Shown piece by piece: positions 38,215-51,519 of a DNA stretch of 64,000 nt. Under the pieces are notes generated by a model. It saw nothing but the letters and a program-made list of their open reading frames with translations. It searched no databases and had not been told where the DNA came from. Made by a program: the position numbers and the translations under genes. Each line of letters begins with the position of its first letter. Within the stretch, counting starts at the first letter, position 1. The DNA is from Eledone cirrhosa (taxonomy: Eukaryota). The DNA is taken from NCBI GenBank assembly GCA_964016885.1, contig OZ024741.1, positions 404,426,001 through 404,490,000 of the forward strand, in the 5' to 3' direction.

Positions 38215-38624
38215 GTCGTATTGAGTTACGGCCCTTTACGTCCTCAGTTCAAATCCCTCCGAGGTTAACTTTGCCTTTCATTCTTACGGGGTCGATATAA
38301 TAAAGTACCAGTAATGCATTGAGGTCGATTTAATCGACTTTCCCCTCCCCAAAGTTGCTGGCCTTGTCCTATAGTAGAGATCATTATTGTTATTATTGTT
38401 GTTGTAATAATAATAATAATTGTTTTTTCTATAGGCATAAGGTCAGGAAGGTGGGGGAGGGGGAGTCGACTAAATACCCCAGTGCATTACTGGTACTTTA
38501 TTTTATCGACCACGTAAGGATGAAAAGCAAAGCTAGCATTGGCGGGATTTGAACTCAGAACGTAAAGGGCCGTAACTCGATGTCATAAAGCATATTGTTC
38601 GACGCTCTACTGATTCGCCGCCCT
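38215..38624. mobile_element. Two SINEs in convergent orientation (38215-38385 +, 38415-38624 -)
   Basis: Nin-like bodies on opposite strands. Confidence 0.85.
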
Positions 38625-38974
38625 TAACAATAATAATAATAATAAAATAATAATAAATAGATATAAAACAGCTGCACACTTACAGCAACACGTTACTAAT
38701 TGGTGTTGATGATGATGATGGTGGTGATGATGATGATGGTGGTGATGATGGTGGTGATGATGGTGATGGTGGTGATGATGGTGGCGATGATGATGATGGT
38801 GGTGATGACGGTGGTGATGATGATGATGGTGATGGTGATGTTGATGACGATGATGGTGATGTGACGATGGTGGTGATGATGATGGTGATGGTGATGATGA
38901 TGTGATGAGAATATATTTATCTTATCAGATCATCATCATCCAATCATCTGAGAATACACAACAAACACGTGAAT

Positions 38975-39575
38975 CGTCACCACAAACAGCATCATCATCA
39001 TCGTCGTCATCACACACAGCATCATCATCATCGTCGTCATCACACACAGCATCATCATCATCGTCGTCATCACACACAGCATCATCATCATCGTCGTCAT
39101 CACACACAGCATCATCATCATCGTCGTCATCACAAACAGCATCATCATCATCGTCGTCATCACACACAGCATCATCATCATCGTCGTCATCACACACAGC
39201 ATCATCATCATCGTCGTCACCACAAACAGCATCATCATCATCGTCGTCATCACACACAGCATCATCATCATCGTCGTCATCACACACAGCATCATCATCA
39301 TCGTCGTCATCACACACAGCATCATCATCATCGTCGTCATCACAAACAGCATCATCATCATCGTCGTCATCACACACAGCATCATCATCATCGTCGTCAC
39401 CACAAACAGCATCATCATCATCGTCGTCATCACACACATCATCATCATCATCGTCGTCACCACAAACAGCATCATCATCATCGTCGTCATCACACACAGC
39501 ATCATCATCATCGTCGTCATCACAAACAGCATCATCATCATCGTCGTCATCACACACAGCATCATCATCATCGTC
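38975..39575. repeat. 30-bp minisatellite, ~20 copies
   Basis: Unit TCGTCGTCATCACACACAGCATCATCATCA. Confidence 0.97.
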
Positions 39576-39916
39576 ATTACCACAATCACCACCTTCTTCC
39601 TCATCATCATTATCATCAACACCATCACCAGTTTCATCACCATCAACACCCCCACCACCATCATCATGCTCACCCCCCAACTCACCACCACCATCATCAT
39701 CCCCACCCCCAACCCATCACCACCACCATCATCATCATCCTCACCCCCCAACCCACCACCCCCATCATCCTCCTCACCACCCCCATCCCCACCACCACCG
39801 TCATCATCCTCACCCCCCATCCCCACCCCCATCATCATCATCCTCACCCCCACCCCACCACCCACTACCACCACCACCATCATCACCATACACTACACTA
39901 TACAGTCTCTCCACTA

Positions 39917-40214
39917 TTCTGCAATAGACATTAATATATTAATTACTACAAAGAGTAAGAAACAACATTTAAAAATGACAACCCACCTGGTATTCTCTTA
40001 AATTTCAAAGAACAACACACCTATATGTATATATGTGTGGGTGTGTGTGTATATATATATGAGTGTGTGTGTGTGTATATATATATATGTGTGTGTGTGT
40101 GTGTGCGTATATATATATGTGTGTGTGTGTGTATACATACACATATATATATATATATATATAGGTGTGTTGTTCTTTGAAATTTAAGAGAATACCAGGT
40201 GGGTTGTCATTTTA
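39917..40214. repeat. Inverted repeat (~53 bp) around a microsatellite spacer
   Basis: AAAAATGACAACCCACCTGGTATTCTCTTAAATTTCAAAGAACAACACACCTA (~39971-40023) is mirrored at ~40162-40213. Confidence 0.85.
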
Positions 40215-40224
40215 TACATGTGTG

Positions 40225-40298
<74 letters not shown>

Positions 40299-40425
40299 CA
40301 TACATAACTAAATACACACCTATATATATACGTGTATACACATACAAACCTAATTATATACATACGGGAATCAAAACATCTCCAGTGCTCACCTGGGTGA
40401 AGCTATAATAACTTCACGTTACAAT

Positions 40426-40498
<73 letters not shown>

Positions 40499-40499
40499 T

Positions 40500-40817
40500 A
40501 TAATTTAGCGAGAATCGCATTTCGGCGGGTAGAAATTAACGAAACGCATCTTCAATAATGTGCAGACAAGCGCTCCATGCATATGAAGAGGATAGCAGAG
40601 CTATAAACATGAGTTAAAATGGTCATACACGCTGAGATGATGGTTAAGAAGCCATAGCCACCATAGCCAAAAAAGCGAGTACTCAATACTTAGGGTAGTA
40701 GAGTGGGAAATAAGAAAATGTAAGACCCCGACGACTGAGCTCGAGCCGTTTCGATGGCTATTTCGGGACTGAAATAGCCGTCGAAACGGCTTGAGCTCTG
40801 CCGTCGGGGTTATACTT

Positions 40818-40822
<5 letters not shown>
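40500..40822. mobile_element. Chimeric family I / family B fold-back
   Basis: Family I terminus (-) 40500-40680 fused through GAGT to the family B hairpin 40677-40822. Confidence 0.75.
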
Positions 40823-40845
<23 letters not shown>

Positions 40846-40848
<3 letters not shown>

Positions 40849-41037
40849 ATTGTTTTTACTTTTTGGCACAAGGCCAGCAATTACACAGTGCATTACTGGT
40901 ACTTTATTTTATCGATCCCGTAAGGATGAAAGGCAAAATTAACCTCGGCGGGATTTGAACTCAGAATGGAAAGGGCCGCAACTCTATGCGTCAAAGCATG
41001 GCGTCGACCCTCTACAGATACTGCCAATCCACCGCCA
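40846..41037 (-). mobile_element. tRNA-derived SINE (Nin/Deu-like)
   Basis: Matches the family consensus. Confidence 0.9.
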
Positions 41038-41214
41038 TATATATAATAGTATTCAAAATATTCATAAATGAAAAATATTCTCATAATCAAAATATATATT
41101 TTATTATACATATTTCAAACGTACAATAGTATTTAAGTACGTTTTCATCAGATAAACTATAAAATTTGATATGTGCCATACCGCTACGGTTTTTATTATT
41201 CAATTCCAATAGTA

Positions 41215-41291
<77 letters not shown>

Positions 41292-41493
41292 AGAGAATGA
41301 GAGACAGGGAGAGAGAGTATGTGGTCCTGAGACCGGGGAGACCACTAATCATTGGTGTGCTCAATGCATGGGGAGATGTAGAGTCAGTATAGAGATATGT
41401 ACAACCCCGACCGCGGTGCCATCTTGTAACTGTCCAAATATTCCAACATGCTTGAAAAAGCTTGCTGAATACACAAGCCGAAATCACTTGGCA

Positions 41494-41578
<85 letters not shown>

Positions 41579-41580
41579 TT

Positions 41581-41611
<31 letters not shown>

Positions 41612-41857
41612 CTTATATATATATATATACATGTACACACACACATAAATATATATATATATATAATATGTGTATAAGATGTATACATATATAGACATAT
41701 ACATTCATGTTTATATATATATATATAGACATATACATTCATGTTTATATATACATATATAGTATACATTCATGTTTATATATATATATATAGACATATA
41801 CATTCATGTTTATATATATATAGACATATACATTCAACGTTTATATATATATATATA

Positions 41858-41905
41858 AGGGTGAAAGCATCGATTACTTGCTTAATCTTTAATCTGTTAT
41901 TTTAA
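41858..41905 (+). mobile_element. Family H short-terminus fragment between TA runs
   Basis: AGGGTGAAAGC..TTGCTTAATCTTTAATCTGTTATTTTAA. Confidence 0.8.
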
Positions 41906-42102
41906 TATATATATAGAGAGAGAGAGCAAACATCACGGGCCCTCTATCTCTAAATTATTTTTGAAAAGCATTAGAAATGCGCAACCAGTAAAAAGTTAAA
42001 ACCAAAAGTGAATACTAACCAATACTATTACTAATTTTTACTTATTCCTAATTAAACTATTTTTCACTGGGAACAATTTGTCAGCATTTTCTTTTCCTTT
42101 TA

Positions 42103-42167
<65 letters not shown>

Positions 42168-42560
42168 TATGTGTGTATGTATATATACGTGTATGTGTGA
42201 GTATGCGTGAGTGTGTATGTATGTGTTCAGCAAGTGAACCTGACTATATTGGAGAGTGGACTAGATGTGATGTAATCATGCCAGTATTTCATTGGATGTA
42301 ATATGACGTTATACGACCTTCAACCATATTGCTGTTCAATGATTCTCTCTATTACATTCTCCATAAACAACTTGTCGCAAGACACCTACCTGATTATATA
42401 GACCACCATATATTTCACTTCTAGTTGCCAAATAATAATGAAGAAGCTGTATTGTAACCTATCTCTCTATCTATTTAGCTATTTATCTCTCTCTCTCTAT
42501 ATATATATCTAATCTAACTATCTATCTATCTATCAATCTATCTATCTATCTATCTATCTA

Positions 42561-44501
42561 GTGGTCACACTAATCAGGAAGGACGAGAATAAGGGGGATG
42601 ACATAGGCAACTTCCGGCCCATAACTCTGCTAAACACAGAGTTACAGATTTTGGCCAAGGTGTTGGCAAAGAGGCTGGCGCTTGTCGTCGAGAACCTGGT
42701 GGGAGAAGCGCAGACATGCGCGATCCCGACCAGGTCCATACACGACAACCTCCACCTCATGCGATACATCATAGAGAGGGTAGGGTGTAAACCCGGCTTC
42801 GGTGGGGCCCTGATCAACTTGGATCAGTCTAAGGCTTTCGATAGGGTTGACCATCGTTACCTGGATGCGGTGCTCGAGGCGGCAGGCTTCGGACCCGTGT
42901 TCAGGGGCTGGATTGCTGCAATGCACAACAGCAACATCTGTTCAAGGGTCAAGGTGAACGGTTACCTCTCGGAGCCGTTCCATATTACGCGATCCATTCG
43001 ACAGGGATGCCCTCTCTCCTCCCTTCTGTACGTACTGACTCTCGAGCCACTACTGCGGAAGCTGGAGCTATTGCAGGGCATCCCTCTGGAACCGGGACTG
43101 CGGAAAGCGGCGTCGGCCTACGCCGACGACGTGACAGTAATGGTGTCGAGCGCCTCGCAAATCGAGAAAGTCGGCACCTTACTAAAGGAATACGAAAGTC
43201 TCACAGGAGCGAAGCTGAACCGGGACAAGTCCATCGGTTTGCAACTCGGATCGTGGAGAGGCAGACCGATGCCTTCCGATGGCGTCGTCGGACGCTGGAC
43301 GGAAGGACCGGTAAAGCTGCTCGGGGTCTGGTTTGGTCCGGACCTCCAGGTGGAGAAGAACTGGAACGAAGTGACGGCCAAGGTGTTTGCACTCACCCAG
43401 AAGTGGGCCGAGTGCAAACTATCCTTGAAAGGTCGAGCGGAGGTGGCGAACACTTTTATAGCGTCCGCCATCTACTACCGCTTGACCGTCGTGCCTTGTC
43501 CAGCCAAAACGCTCGCCAAAATGGAGCGCGCCCTCTTCCGATTCCTTTGGAAGAGGCGGGCTCCTTTGGTAAGAAGATCCATCTGCTGCCAACACCCTTC
43601 TAACGGAGGGCTGGGGATGCCGTGGTTGACGATGCGCAAACACGCGCTCAGGCTGCGGCATCTCTACGTATTCCTCACCGGACAACCGGTGTGGGCCCCG
43701 TTCGTGAGGCGAGCCTTCCCACGACTCGTCTCACTGACCGAGCTGCAGTCCTGGGTCAAGCAGAGACCGAGGAAAATGGGCGACTGGCACATCGAATGTG
43801 CTCAGGCGCTCACAGCCCTCTGGCAGGCGGACCCGGCGATCAGTGGAGACTCCACTTCGTCATTCTATAGAGGGTTGGTCCGCAGCAAGTGCGACGACGC
43901 GCTCGGTGAAACTCTAGGCGTGGAGGAAGATGAACTGGCCAGTCTGTTCGGTAGGACCTTCCGCCCGGGACCGATGGACAACTTCCAAAAGTCCCTGGCC
44001 TGGCAGTGCTACCGAGGAGCTCTACCAGTTCGAGACAAGCTCTACAGACATGGGCGCCCGGGCAGGGACCCTGCAAAAAAGATCTGTCCGAGGTGCGTGC
44101 GAGACGAAGAAACCGTCGCGCACGCATTCATACACTGCCCGGGCGTCACTGACCTGTGGGGATATGTAGAACGACTATTGTCGCGGGTGGGACCAATCCA
44201 GTTGACCACCGAGTCCATTGTCATGATCAAACCGCCACCCTCCTTCAAAAACGAAGGAGAGGCGGTTTTCCTTTGTGTGATAGCTATGGCGAAAGAGGTT
44301 GTATGGTGGACAAGGTTGAAAGGGCTGAGGTCAGACACCTTTCTCTCCGGCCAACAACTGATTCTTTTTTTCAAATACCACTTTGGAAGAAGAATCAGGA
44401 TGGAGAGAGAGGTGCTGTACCGCAGCAAGTTTTATGAAAGGTGGGTGAAAGTGGCGAGAATGGCCCGAGTGAATGGGCCTTCTCTCTATATCAGCCTGTA
44501 G
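42561..44501 (+). CDS. Tx1 ORF2 remnant: RT + CCHC zinc finger (646 codons, no native start)
   Basis: NFRPITLLN, LDQSKAFDRV, IRQGCPLS, AYADD, KLLGVWF, CPRC..ETVAHAFIHC. Confidence 0.9.
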   Translation: MVTLIRKDENKGDDIGNFRPITLLNTELQILAKVLAKRLALVVENLVGEAQTCAIPTRSIHDNLHLMRYIIERVGCKPGFGGALINLDQSKAFDRVDHRYLDAVLEAAGFGPVFRGWIAAMHNSNICSRVKVNGYLSEPFHITRSIRQGCPLSSLLYVLTLEPLLRKLELLQGIPLEPGLRKAASAYADDVTVMVSSASQIEKVGTLLKEYESLTGAKLNRDKSIGLQLGSWRGRPMPSDGVVGRWTEGPVKLLGVWFGPDLQVEKNWNEVTAKVFALTQKWAECKLSLKGRAEVANTFIASAIYYRLTVVPCPAKTLAKMERALFRFLWKRRAPLVRRSICCQHPSNGGLGMPWLTMRKHALRLRHLYVFLTGQPVWAPFVRRAFPRLVSLTELQSWVKQRPRKMGDWHIECAQALTALWQADPAISGDSTSSFYRGLVRSKCDDALGETLGVEEDELASLFGRTFRPGPMDNFQKSLAWQCYRGALPVRDKLYRHGRPGRDPAKKICPRCVRDEETVAHAFIHCPGVTDLWGYVERLLSRVGPIQLTTESIVMIKPPPSFKNEGEAVFLCVIAMAKEVVWWTRLKGLRSDTFLSGQQLILFFKYHFGRRIRMEREVLYRSKFYERWVKVARMARVNGPSLYISL

Positions 44502-44737
44502 ATTGAGGAAAAGGAGGAGGAGAGGAAAGGAGTACAAGCTCTTCGTACTCCTGGAGATGAGGGTTGCACATTTTTTCGGGGGTATGTGTTACCCATATAA
44601 ACTGTCTCCCTCTATTGGGGAAAATCGACTAACTTTTAAATTCCATCTGTGATAACATTTTACACGTTTTTATTGTATGTAAACTTCCCCCTTTGTATTT
44701 GTCCCCTTCTTTTGTGCCCCTGTGGCTAATAAAGAAA
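42561..44737 (+). mobile_element. 5'-truncated Tx1-clade (L1 group) LINE in (TCTA)n
   Basis: GC-rich ORF2 remnant, 3' UTR ending AATAAAGAAA, (TCTA)n on both sides. Confidence 0.93.
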
Positions 44738-44739
44738 TA

Positions 44740-44789
<50 letters not shown>

Positions 44790-44834
44790 ATATATCTATA
44801 TATCTATCTATCTAATTATCTAATCTATCTATCC

Positions 44835-45571
44835 AGGCAGTGCTACCGAGGAGGTCTACCAGTTCGAGACAAGCTCTACAGACATGGGCGCCCGGGCAGG
44901 GACCCTGCAAAAAGATCTGTCCGAGGTGCGTGCGAGACGAAGAAACCGTCGCGCACACATTCATTCACTGCCCGGGCGTCACCGACCTGTGGGGCTATGT
45001 AGAACGACTATTGTCGCGGGTGGGACCAATCCGTTTAACCACCGAGTCCATTGTCATGATCAAACCGCCACCCTCCTTCAAAAACGAAGGAGAGGCGGTT
45101 TTCCTTTGTGTGATAGCTATGGCGAAAGAGGTTGTATGGTGGACGAGGTTGAAAGGGCTGAGGTCAGACATCTTTTTCTCCGGCCAACAACTGATTCTTT
45201 TTTTCAAATACCACTTTGGAAGAAGAGTCAGGATGGAGAGAGAGGTGCTGTACCCCAGCTAGTTTTATGAAAGGTGGGTGAAAGTGGCGAGAATGGCCCG
45301 AGTGAATAGGCCTTCTCTCTATATCAGCCTGTGCGTTGAGGAAAAAGAGGTTGAGAGGAAAGGAGTACAAACTCTTCGTACTCCTGAAGATGAGCGTTGC
45401 ACATTTTATTCGGGGGTATATGTTACCCATATGAAATGTCTCCCCCTATTGGGGAAAATCGGCTAATTTTTAAATTACATTTGTGATAATATTTTACACG
45501 TTTTTATTGTATGTAAACTTCCCCCTTTGTATTTGTCCCCTTCTTTTGTGCCCCTGTGGCTAATATAGAAA
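44835..45571 (+). mobile_element. Second Tx1 3' fragment in (TCTA)n
   Basis: Highly similar to 44002-44737. Confidence 0.92.
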
Positions 45572-45660
45572 CATATCTATATCTATTTATATCTCTATAT
45601 ATAAATAAATATATACATACATGCAAACACACACATATACAAAGATACACAGATACACAC

Positions 45661-45720
<60 letters not shown>

Positions 45721-45725
<5 letters not shown>

Positions 45726-48700
45726 ATTCTACCAAAATATACGGTAGTGTCCAATCCGCAAGAAGAACTCCATGTAATGCAAATATCATCAAAAGAGAAG
45801 ATGCATTCAAAGATTTTCGATGAAAATCATAGGAAAACAGAGTCAAGATAAATTAATAAAAACAATGAAATAAAAACAAAGAACAAGTTCTTTATATTAA
45901 AAAATTCATCATTTTACTATCGTTTCTAGGTTGTATATGTGTGTTGGCATGTATATCATATAGATCTATGTAAAAATATTACAAATTATCAGAGGAAATA
46001 TACATACCTTCACATATATATGCTGTCTACAGAAACGATGAGATTTGTTTATTGAAAAAAAAACAACAAATATTTAATATAAAAGGTCTGTTTGGGAATA
46101 TGTTTCGAATTGACCAATAGAAAAGTAGTTAGAGGTCAAGTTGATAGAATAGTAGTAGTAGAAATTTAATTTAGGGGTAGAGTAGTGCAGACTTATGTTT
46201 TGAATGAAAAGAATACTTTGAATGAAAAGAATACTTTGGGGATGAAAAGAGGTCAAGCCAGTGAAGGGTAAACGACAATTTGATGTTATTAAAGAATAAT
46301 GTTAAAAACGAAATAAAATAAAATTTTAGGGTAAGGGTATTAGTGAGAAATACCAATCTTATTTAAACCACAAGGAATATAGATCTATAACAAGAAATTA
46401 AATAATTGATAGGTATACTTATAGGGATAAATTTATATTAATTCATATGAATGTGATAAATAAGATATAGATGTTATTAAAGAGTGTTGTTAAAAACGAA
46501 GGAAATTAAAATTTTGGGATAAGGGTAGTAGTGAGAAATACCAATCTTATATAAACAACAAGGAATCTAGATTCATAACAGGAAATTAAATTAATTTATA
46601 GGTATACTTTTATGTATTAATTTTAGGAAAAGAGAGCTGTAAGAGGGAAATCAAATTATGAAATTCTCTGTAGTAAAATACTAATTGTAGGTTAAGTAAA
46701 TAAAAAAAATTAATTATAATAATATGTAAAATATAAGTGTAAGGTGTATATTAATTAGTTTTATAATATTTGAAGGTTCCTCTAATTCTATGATTGCAAT
46801 ATATAATCAATTCCTGTCGCTTATTTAATAGAATATCCTTAGATTTCCTGATTTCAAAAATTCCCGGGAGCATAACCTACACTCGTATCTGTTATTTTGA
46901 TAAGGGGTGGCCCTTTTGAGCACTCTCCAGGTCAGGTTGTAATCGATATTCTTCTTTCTATAATTATTAATTGTTTCAGCCAAGGATGTTGTATTAGCTA
47001 ATGCGGCATTTTTAAAACTATGTTTGTGGGTATTAAATCTTACTTTAAATTGGCTAGACATAGCACCTATATATGAATAAGTGGAGTCCTTAGTGCTAAA
47101 TTTACATTTATAGACAATGTTATTAATAAGACAATTTCCCTTTAATGGGCAATTTCTTTTGATTCTACTGTTACAACCATTCGTGAATATTATATCAGGG
47201 GAGTTAGTCAAATTTGGTGTGGAATTTACTCGACTTGTTATAGGTGAAGGAGATGGTGGTTTGTTGCGGTTTATTTTAGTATTATGGTTGGTGTGATGTG
47301 TTGGTGGTATATTTGTAGTTTTTTACATTTATATGCCTTGTACGCACTTATATTTTGTTGTATATATTTGGTAGTGGTGTAGGAAAATTTGACAGTTACA
47401 CATTATACAACAAAATATAAGTGCGTACAACGCATATAAACGTAAAAGAAAACACAAATATACCACCAACACATCAAACCAACCATAATACTAAAATAAA
47501 CCGCAACAAACCACCATCTCCTTCACCTATAACAAGTCGAGTAAATTCCACACCAAATTTGACTAACTCCTCTGATATAATATTCACGAATGGTTGTAAC
47601 TGTAGAATCAAAAGAAATTGCCCATTAAAGGGAAATTGTCTTATTAATAACATAGTCTATAAATGTAAAATTAGCACTAAGGACTCCACTTATTCATATA
47701 TAGGAGCTACGTCTAACCAATTTACAGTAAGATTTAATACCCACAAAAATAGTTTTTAAAATGCCACATTAGCTAATACAACATCCTTGGCTGAAACAAT
47801 TAATAATTATAGAAAGAAGAATATCGATTACAACCTGACCTGGAGTGTGCTCAAAAGGGCCACCCCTTATCAAAATAACAGATACGAGTGTAGGTTATGC
47901 TCCCGGGAATTTTTGAAATCAGGAAATCTAAGGATATTCTATTAAATAAGCGACAGGAATTAATTATATCTTGCAATCATAGAATTAGAGGAACCTTCAA
48001 ATATTATAAAACTAATTAATATACACCTTACACTTATATTTTACATATTATTATAATTAGTATTTTTTATTTAGTTAACCTAAAATTAGTACTTTACTAC
48101 AGAGAATTTCATAATTTTATTTCCCTCTTACAGCTCTCTTTTCCTAAAATTAATACCTAAAAGTATACCTATATATTAATTTAATTTCCTGTTATGAATC
48201 TAGATTCCTTGTAGTTTATATAAGATTGGTATTTCTCTCTACTACCCTTATCCCAAAATTTTACTTTCCTTCGTTTTTAACAACACTCTTTAATAACATC
48301 TAATTCTTATTTATCACATTCATATGAATTAATATAAATTTATCCTTATAAGTATACCTATCAATTAATTTAATTTCTTGTTATAGATCTAGATTCCTTG
48401 TGGTTTAAATAAGATTGGTATTTCTCACTAATACCCTTACCCTAAAATTTTATTTTATTTCGTTTTTAACATTATTCTTTAATAACATCAAATTGTCGTT
48501 TACCCTTCACTGGCTTGACCTCTTTTCATCCCCAAAGTATTCTTTTCATTCAAAGTATTCTTTTCATTCAAAACATAAGTCTGCACTACTCTACCCCTAA
48601 ATTAAATTTCTACTACTACTATTCTATCAACTTGACCTCTAACTACTTTTCTATTGGTCAATTCAAAACCTGTTCCTAAACAGACCTTTTATAAAAAAAT

Positions 48701-48918
48701 ATTTGTTGTTTTTTTTCAATAAACAAATCTCATCATTTCTGAAGACAGCATATATATGTGAAGGTATGTATATTTCATCTGATAATTTGTAATATGTTTA
48801 CATAGATCTATATGATATACATACCAACATATACACCCGAGAAATGATCGTAAAATGATGAATTTTTTAATATAAGGAACTTGTTCTTTGTTTTTATTTC
48901 ATTGTTTTTATTAATTTA
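45721..48918. mobile_element. Family D (Hydra-clade-like) PLE: 3.2-kb head-to-head inverted insertion
   Basis: Minus arm 45721-~47397 and plus arm ~47404-48918, each with a disrupted GIY-YIG (CNCRIKRNCPLKGNCL..IVYKC..YIGAT..RFNTH); the left arm has ~127 extra terminal nt. Confidence 0.93.
48730..48861 (+). ncRNA. Type-I hammerhead ribozyme with ~95-nt stem II insertion (family D)
   Basis: Stem I TCATCATTT/AAATGATGA; CTGAAGA; GAAA-TGATCG-TA (mirror arm CGATAG, consensus palindrome CGATCG). Confidence 0.75.
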
Positions 48919-48937
48919 TATATATATATATATATAT

Positions 48938-49581
48938 AATAACTAGAAATTGATTAACATATATATAAACATGAATAATCACAGGAGATAATTTTTACAA
49001 GTGTGTAACCACGCATTGCTAGTTGGTTAGCAAATAAATAAAGTTGACTAGAACTTCAAAAATAGATACCTTTTAATATGATTAATCTTCCCTGTAGATA
49101 TTCCATTAAAGAAATATATTTCACCAATTAATCTGCTGTGATGTGTAGACACAACACGTGGTAGCGGCCAGTTGAGGATTTGAACTCGCTGTGTAAGCAT
49201 GGATTGCTGGAAATTATTCTTCCTTGTTGATAATCCAATAATATCCACTTTCCGTGACTTACCATCTGATTAATTGGTGAAATATATTTCTTTAACGGAT
49301 ATATATACAGGGAAGATTAATCATATTAAAAGGTATCTATTTTTGAAGTTCTAGTCAACTTTATTTATTTGTTACCCAACTAGAAATGCGTGGTTACACG
49401 CTTGTAAAAAGTATCTCCTGTGATTATTCATGTTTATATATATGTTAATCATTTTCTAGTTATTATAAAATGCTCGGACCTATCTTTGAGCTTATTTTCC
49501 GGGCGATATGGTGCACGCCGTTATGGCATGACACCCACAATTTCGATTTAGATTAAATTCAATTAATTTATCTTAATTTTG
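48938..49581. mobile_element. Family G fold-back (short left arm, long right arm) in (TA)n
   Basis: Inverted arms ~48938-49134 and ~49268-49464, then a ~115-nt tail; HHR-like remnant TTGAAGT-TCTAGT..ACTA-GAAA-TGCGTG..CACGC. Confidence 0.85.
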
Positions 49582-49746
<165 letters not shown>

Positions 49747-49747
49747 A

Positions 49748-49825
49748 TGTAAAAGGTAAAGAGAAATAACAACACAGTCGGTACAGTATATGGAAGGGAT
49801 ATATTAGGTTAATGCTTGATATAGC

Positions 49826-49828
<3 letters not shown>
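49748..49828 (-). mobile_element. Family E terminal fragment
   Basis: Reverse complement of ~12943-13022. Confidence 0.8.
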
Positions 49829-49919
<91 letters not shown>

Positions 49920-49921
<2 letters not shown>

Positions 49922-50112
49922 CGAAGGAAATGTGGTAAGGAACCAGGTGGACCATAACGCACCAAAGTACTCAATACTTAGGGTAGTAGAGTGGGTAATA
50001 GGAACGAGTAGGACCCCGACGGCTGAGCTCAAGCCGTTTCGACTGCTAATTTTTTAGTCCAGAATTAGCCGTCGAAACGGCTTGAGCTCAGCCGTCGGGG
50101 TCCTACTCGTTC
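49920..50112. mobile_element. Family B fold-back (long left arm, short right arm)
   Basis: Near-identical to 2283-2484 with a different loop junction. Confidence 0.9.
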
Positions 50113-50122
50113 ATATATATAT

Positions 50123-50185
<63 letters not shown>

Positions 50186-50231
50186 CATTTAATGGCCTAC
50201 AATGTATCTACATACAAATCTATCTATCTAT

Positions 50232-50345
<114 letters not shown>

Positions 50346-50479
50346 TTTTTTTCTCCCTCTATCTATTTATCTAGAAGAGAGCCTAATGTTAATGAAATCC
50401 TTTAAGCTCGATACAATACCAAAAGATACGATTTTAATATTGCTATCAGCATTAGATAGAGCCACTTATTTGAGCCCCT

Positions 50480-50680
50480 TGCGATGATCAGCTAAAATCT
50501 TCATAGACTGACCAATATATATCTCATAGAATGACCAAATGAGGTTTATTCTTCAGCATGGTCCATGGAAAGAAACAATGCAATTATTAACAAGAGTTGA
50601 AATTAATGCATACAAGATTTCGTAGCTCTAGCACCACTCCTTCCTAGTCAGCCTATGAACTTTTCAGTCCACCCTTGTAT
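50480..50680. mobile_element. Mariner-like MITE
   Basis: Ends GTCAGCCTATGAACTTTTCAGTCCACCCTTGTA. Confidence 0.7.
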
Positions 50681-51467
50681 ATATCGTTACAGTATTCACA
50701 AAAAACATCAACAGCTCATTCGTTTTTCATTTAAACCATCGAATCTTTGTATTTTCCGCAAAGAAACTAATATCCCGGATATGGGAGATGCATTGGTTAC
50801 TTGGATATATTTTGCTTCTTTCCGATTGGATGGTCCTTATATATCCAGTAAAGGCCCTTTAACTCTTCTCCAAAACATGAGTCCGGCACCAATTTTTGCT
50901 TCTTTGGAACTCAGCACTTTTCATATATCAATATAAGGTTAACATATGATCCAACATATCCTCTATAACATCACAAGAATTCTATTTGTAATGATTACCT
51001 TGTAAGACTGTGAAATATAAGATTATATAAGGTAATTTTTCCACTTTACTTCGGCAGGTTTTCGGACAATTGTACGCAATCTGAAAATTAGATATTCATT
51101 GTTTGATCCATATTCTAAGTACAAAGGGTTATTTTACAGTGCAATTTAATAAATGATCATAACGTATATGTATGTATGCATATTTAGAACGTAAAGAGAA
51201 AATAACTTGGTTCAATCTACCCAAATTATAAATGTAATCACCAGCATAGTATGGAGTTTTTGTGACTTAATTGAACATATACCATTTACACATACATATC
51301 ACAAACTCGTTAATAAAAACAACTTTGGGGTGAGCTATTGCTGTCGGGAGGCATGTTTTCAATATCAAACTTTTCCAACTCTCCACATTAATATATATAT
51401 ATTTATATACTTACTTATATATTTAAATATATGTATCTATATATTAATATATATATATATTTGTATG

Positions 51468-51519
<52 letters not shown>

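Noticed and set aside
38902-40001. His-rich, Ser-rich and Asp-rich ORFs of 250-340 aa
   Set aside because: Open in several frames because a 30-bp minisatellite and triplet repeats lack stops; no splice or start context.
45721-48918. Interpreting the inverted elements as TIR DNA transposons or assembly artefacts
   Set aside because: The arms encode PLE GIY-YIG/RT or HHRs, have unequal termini and copy-specific junctions, and are diverged from each other.
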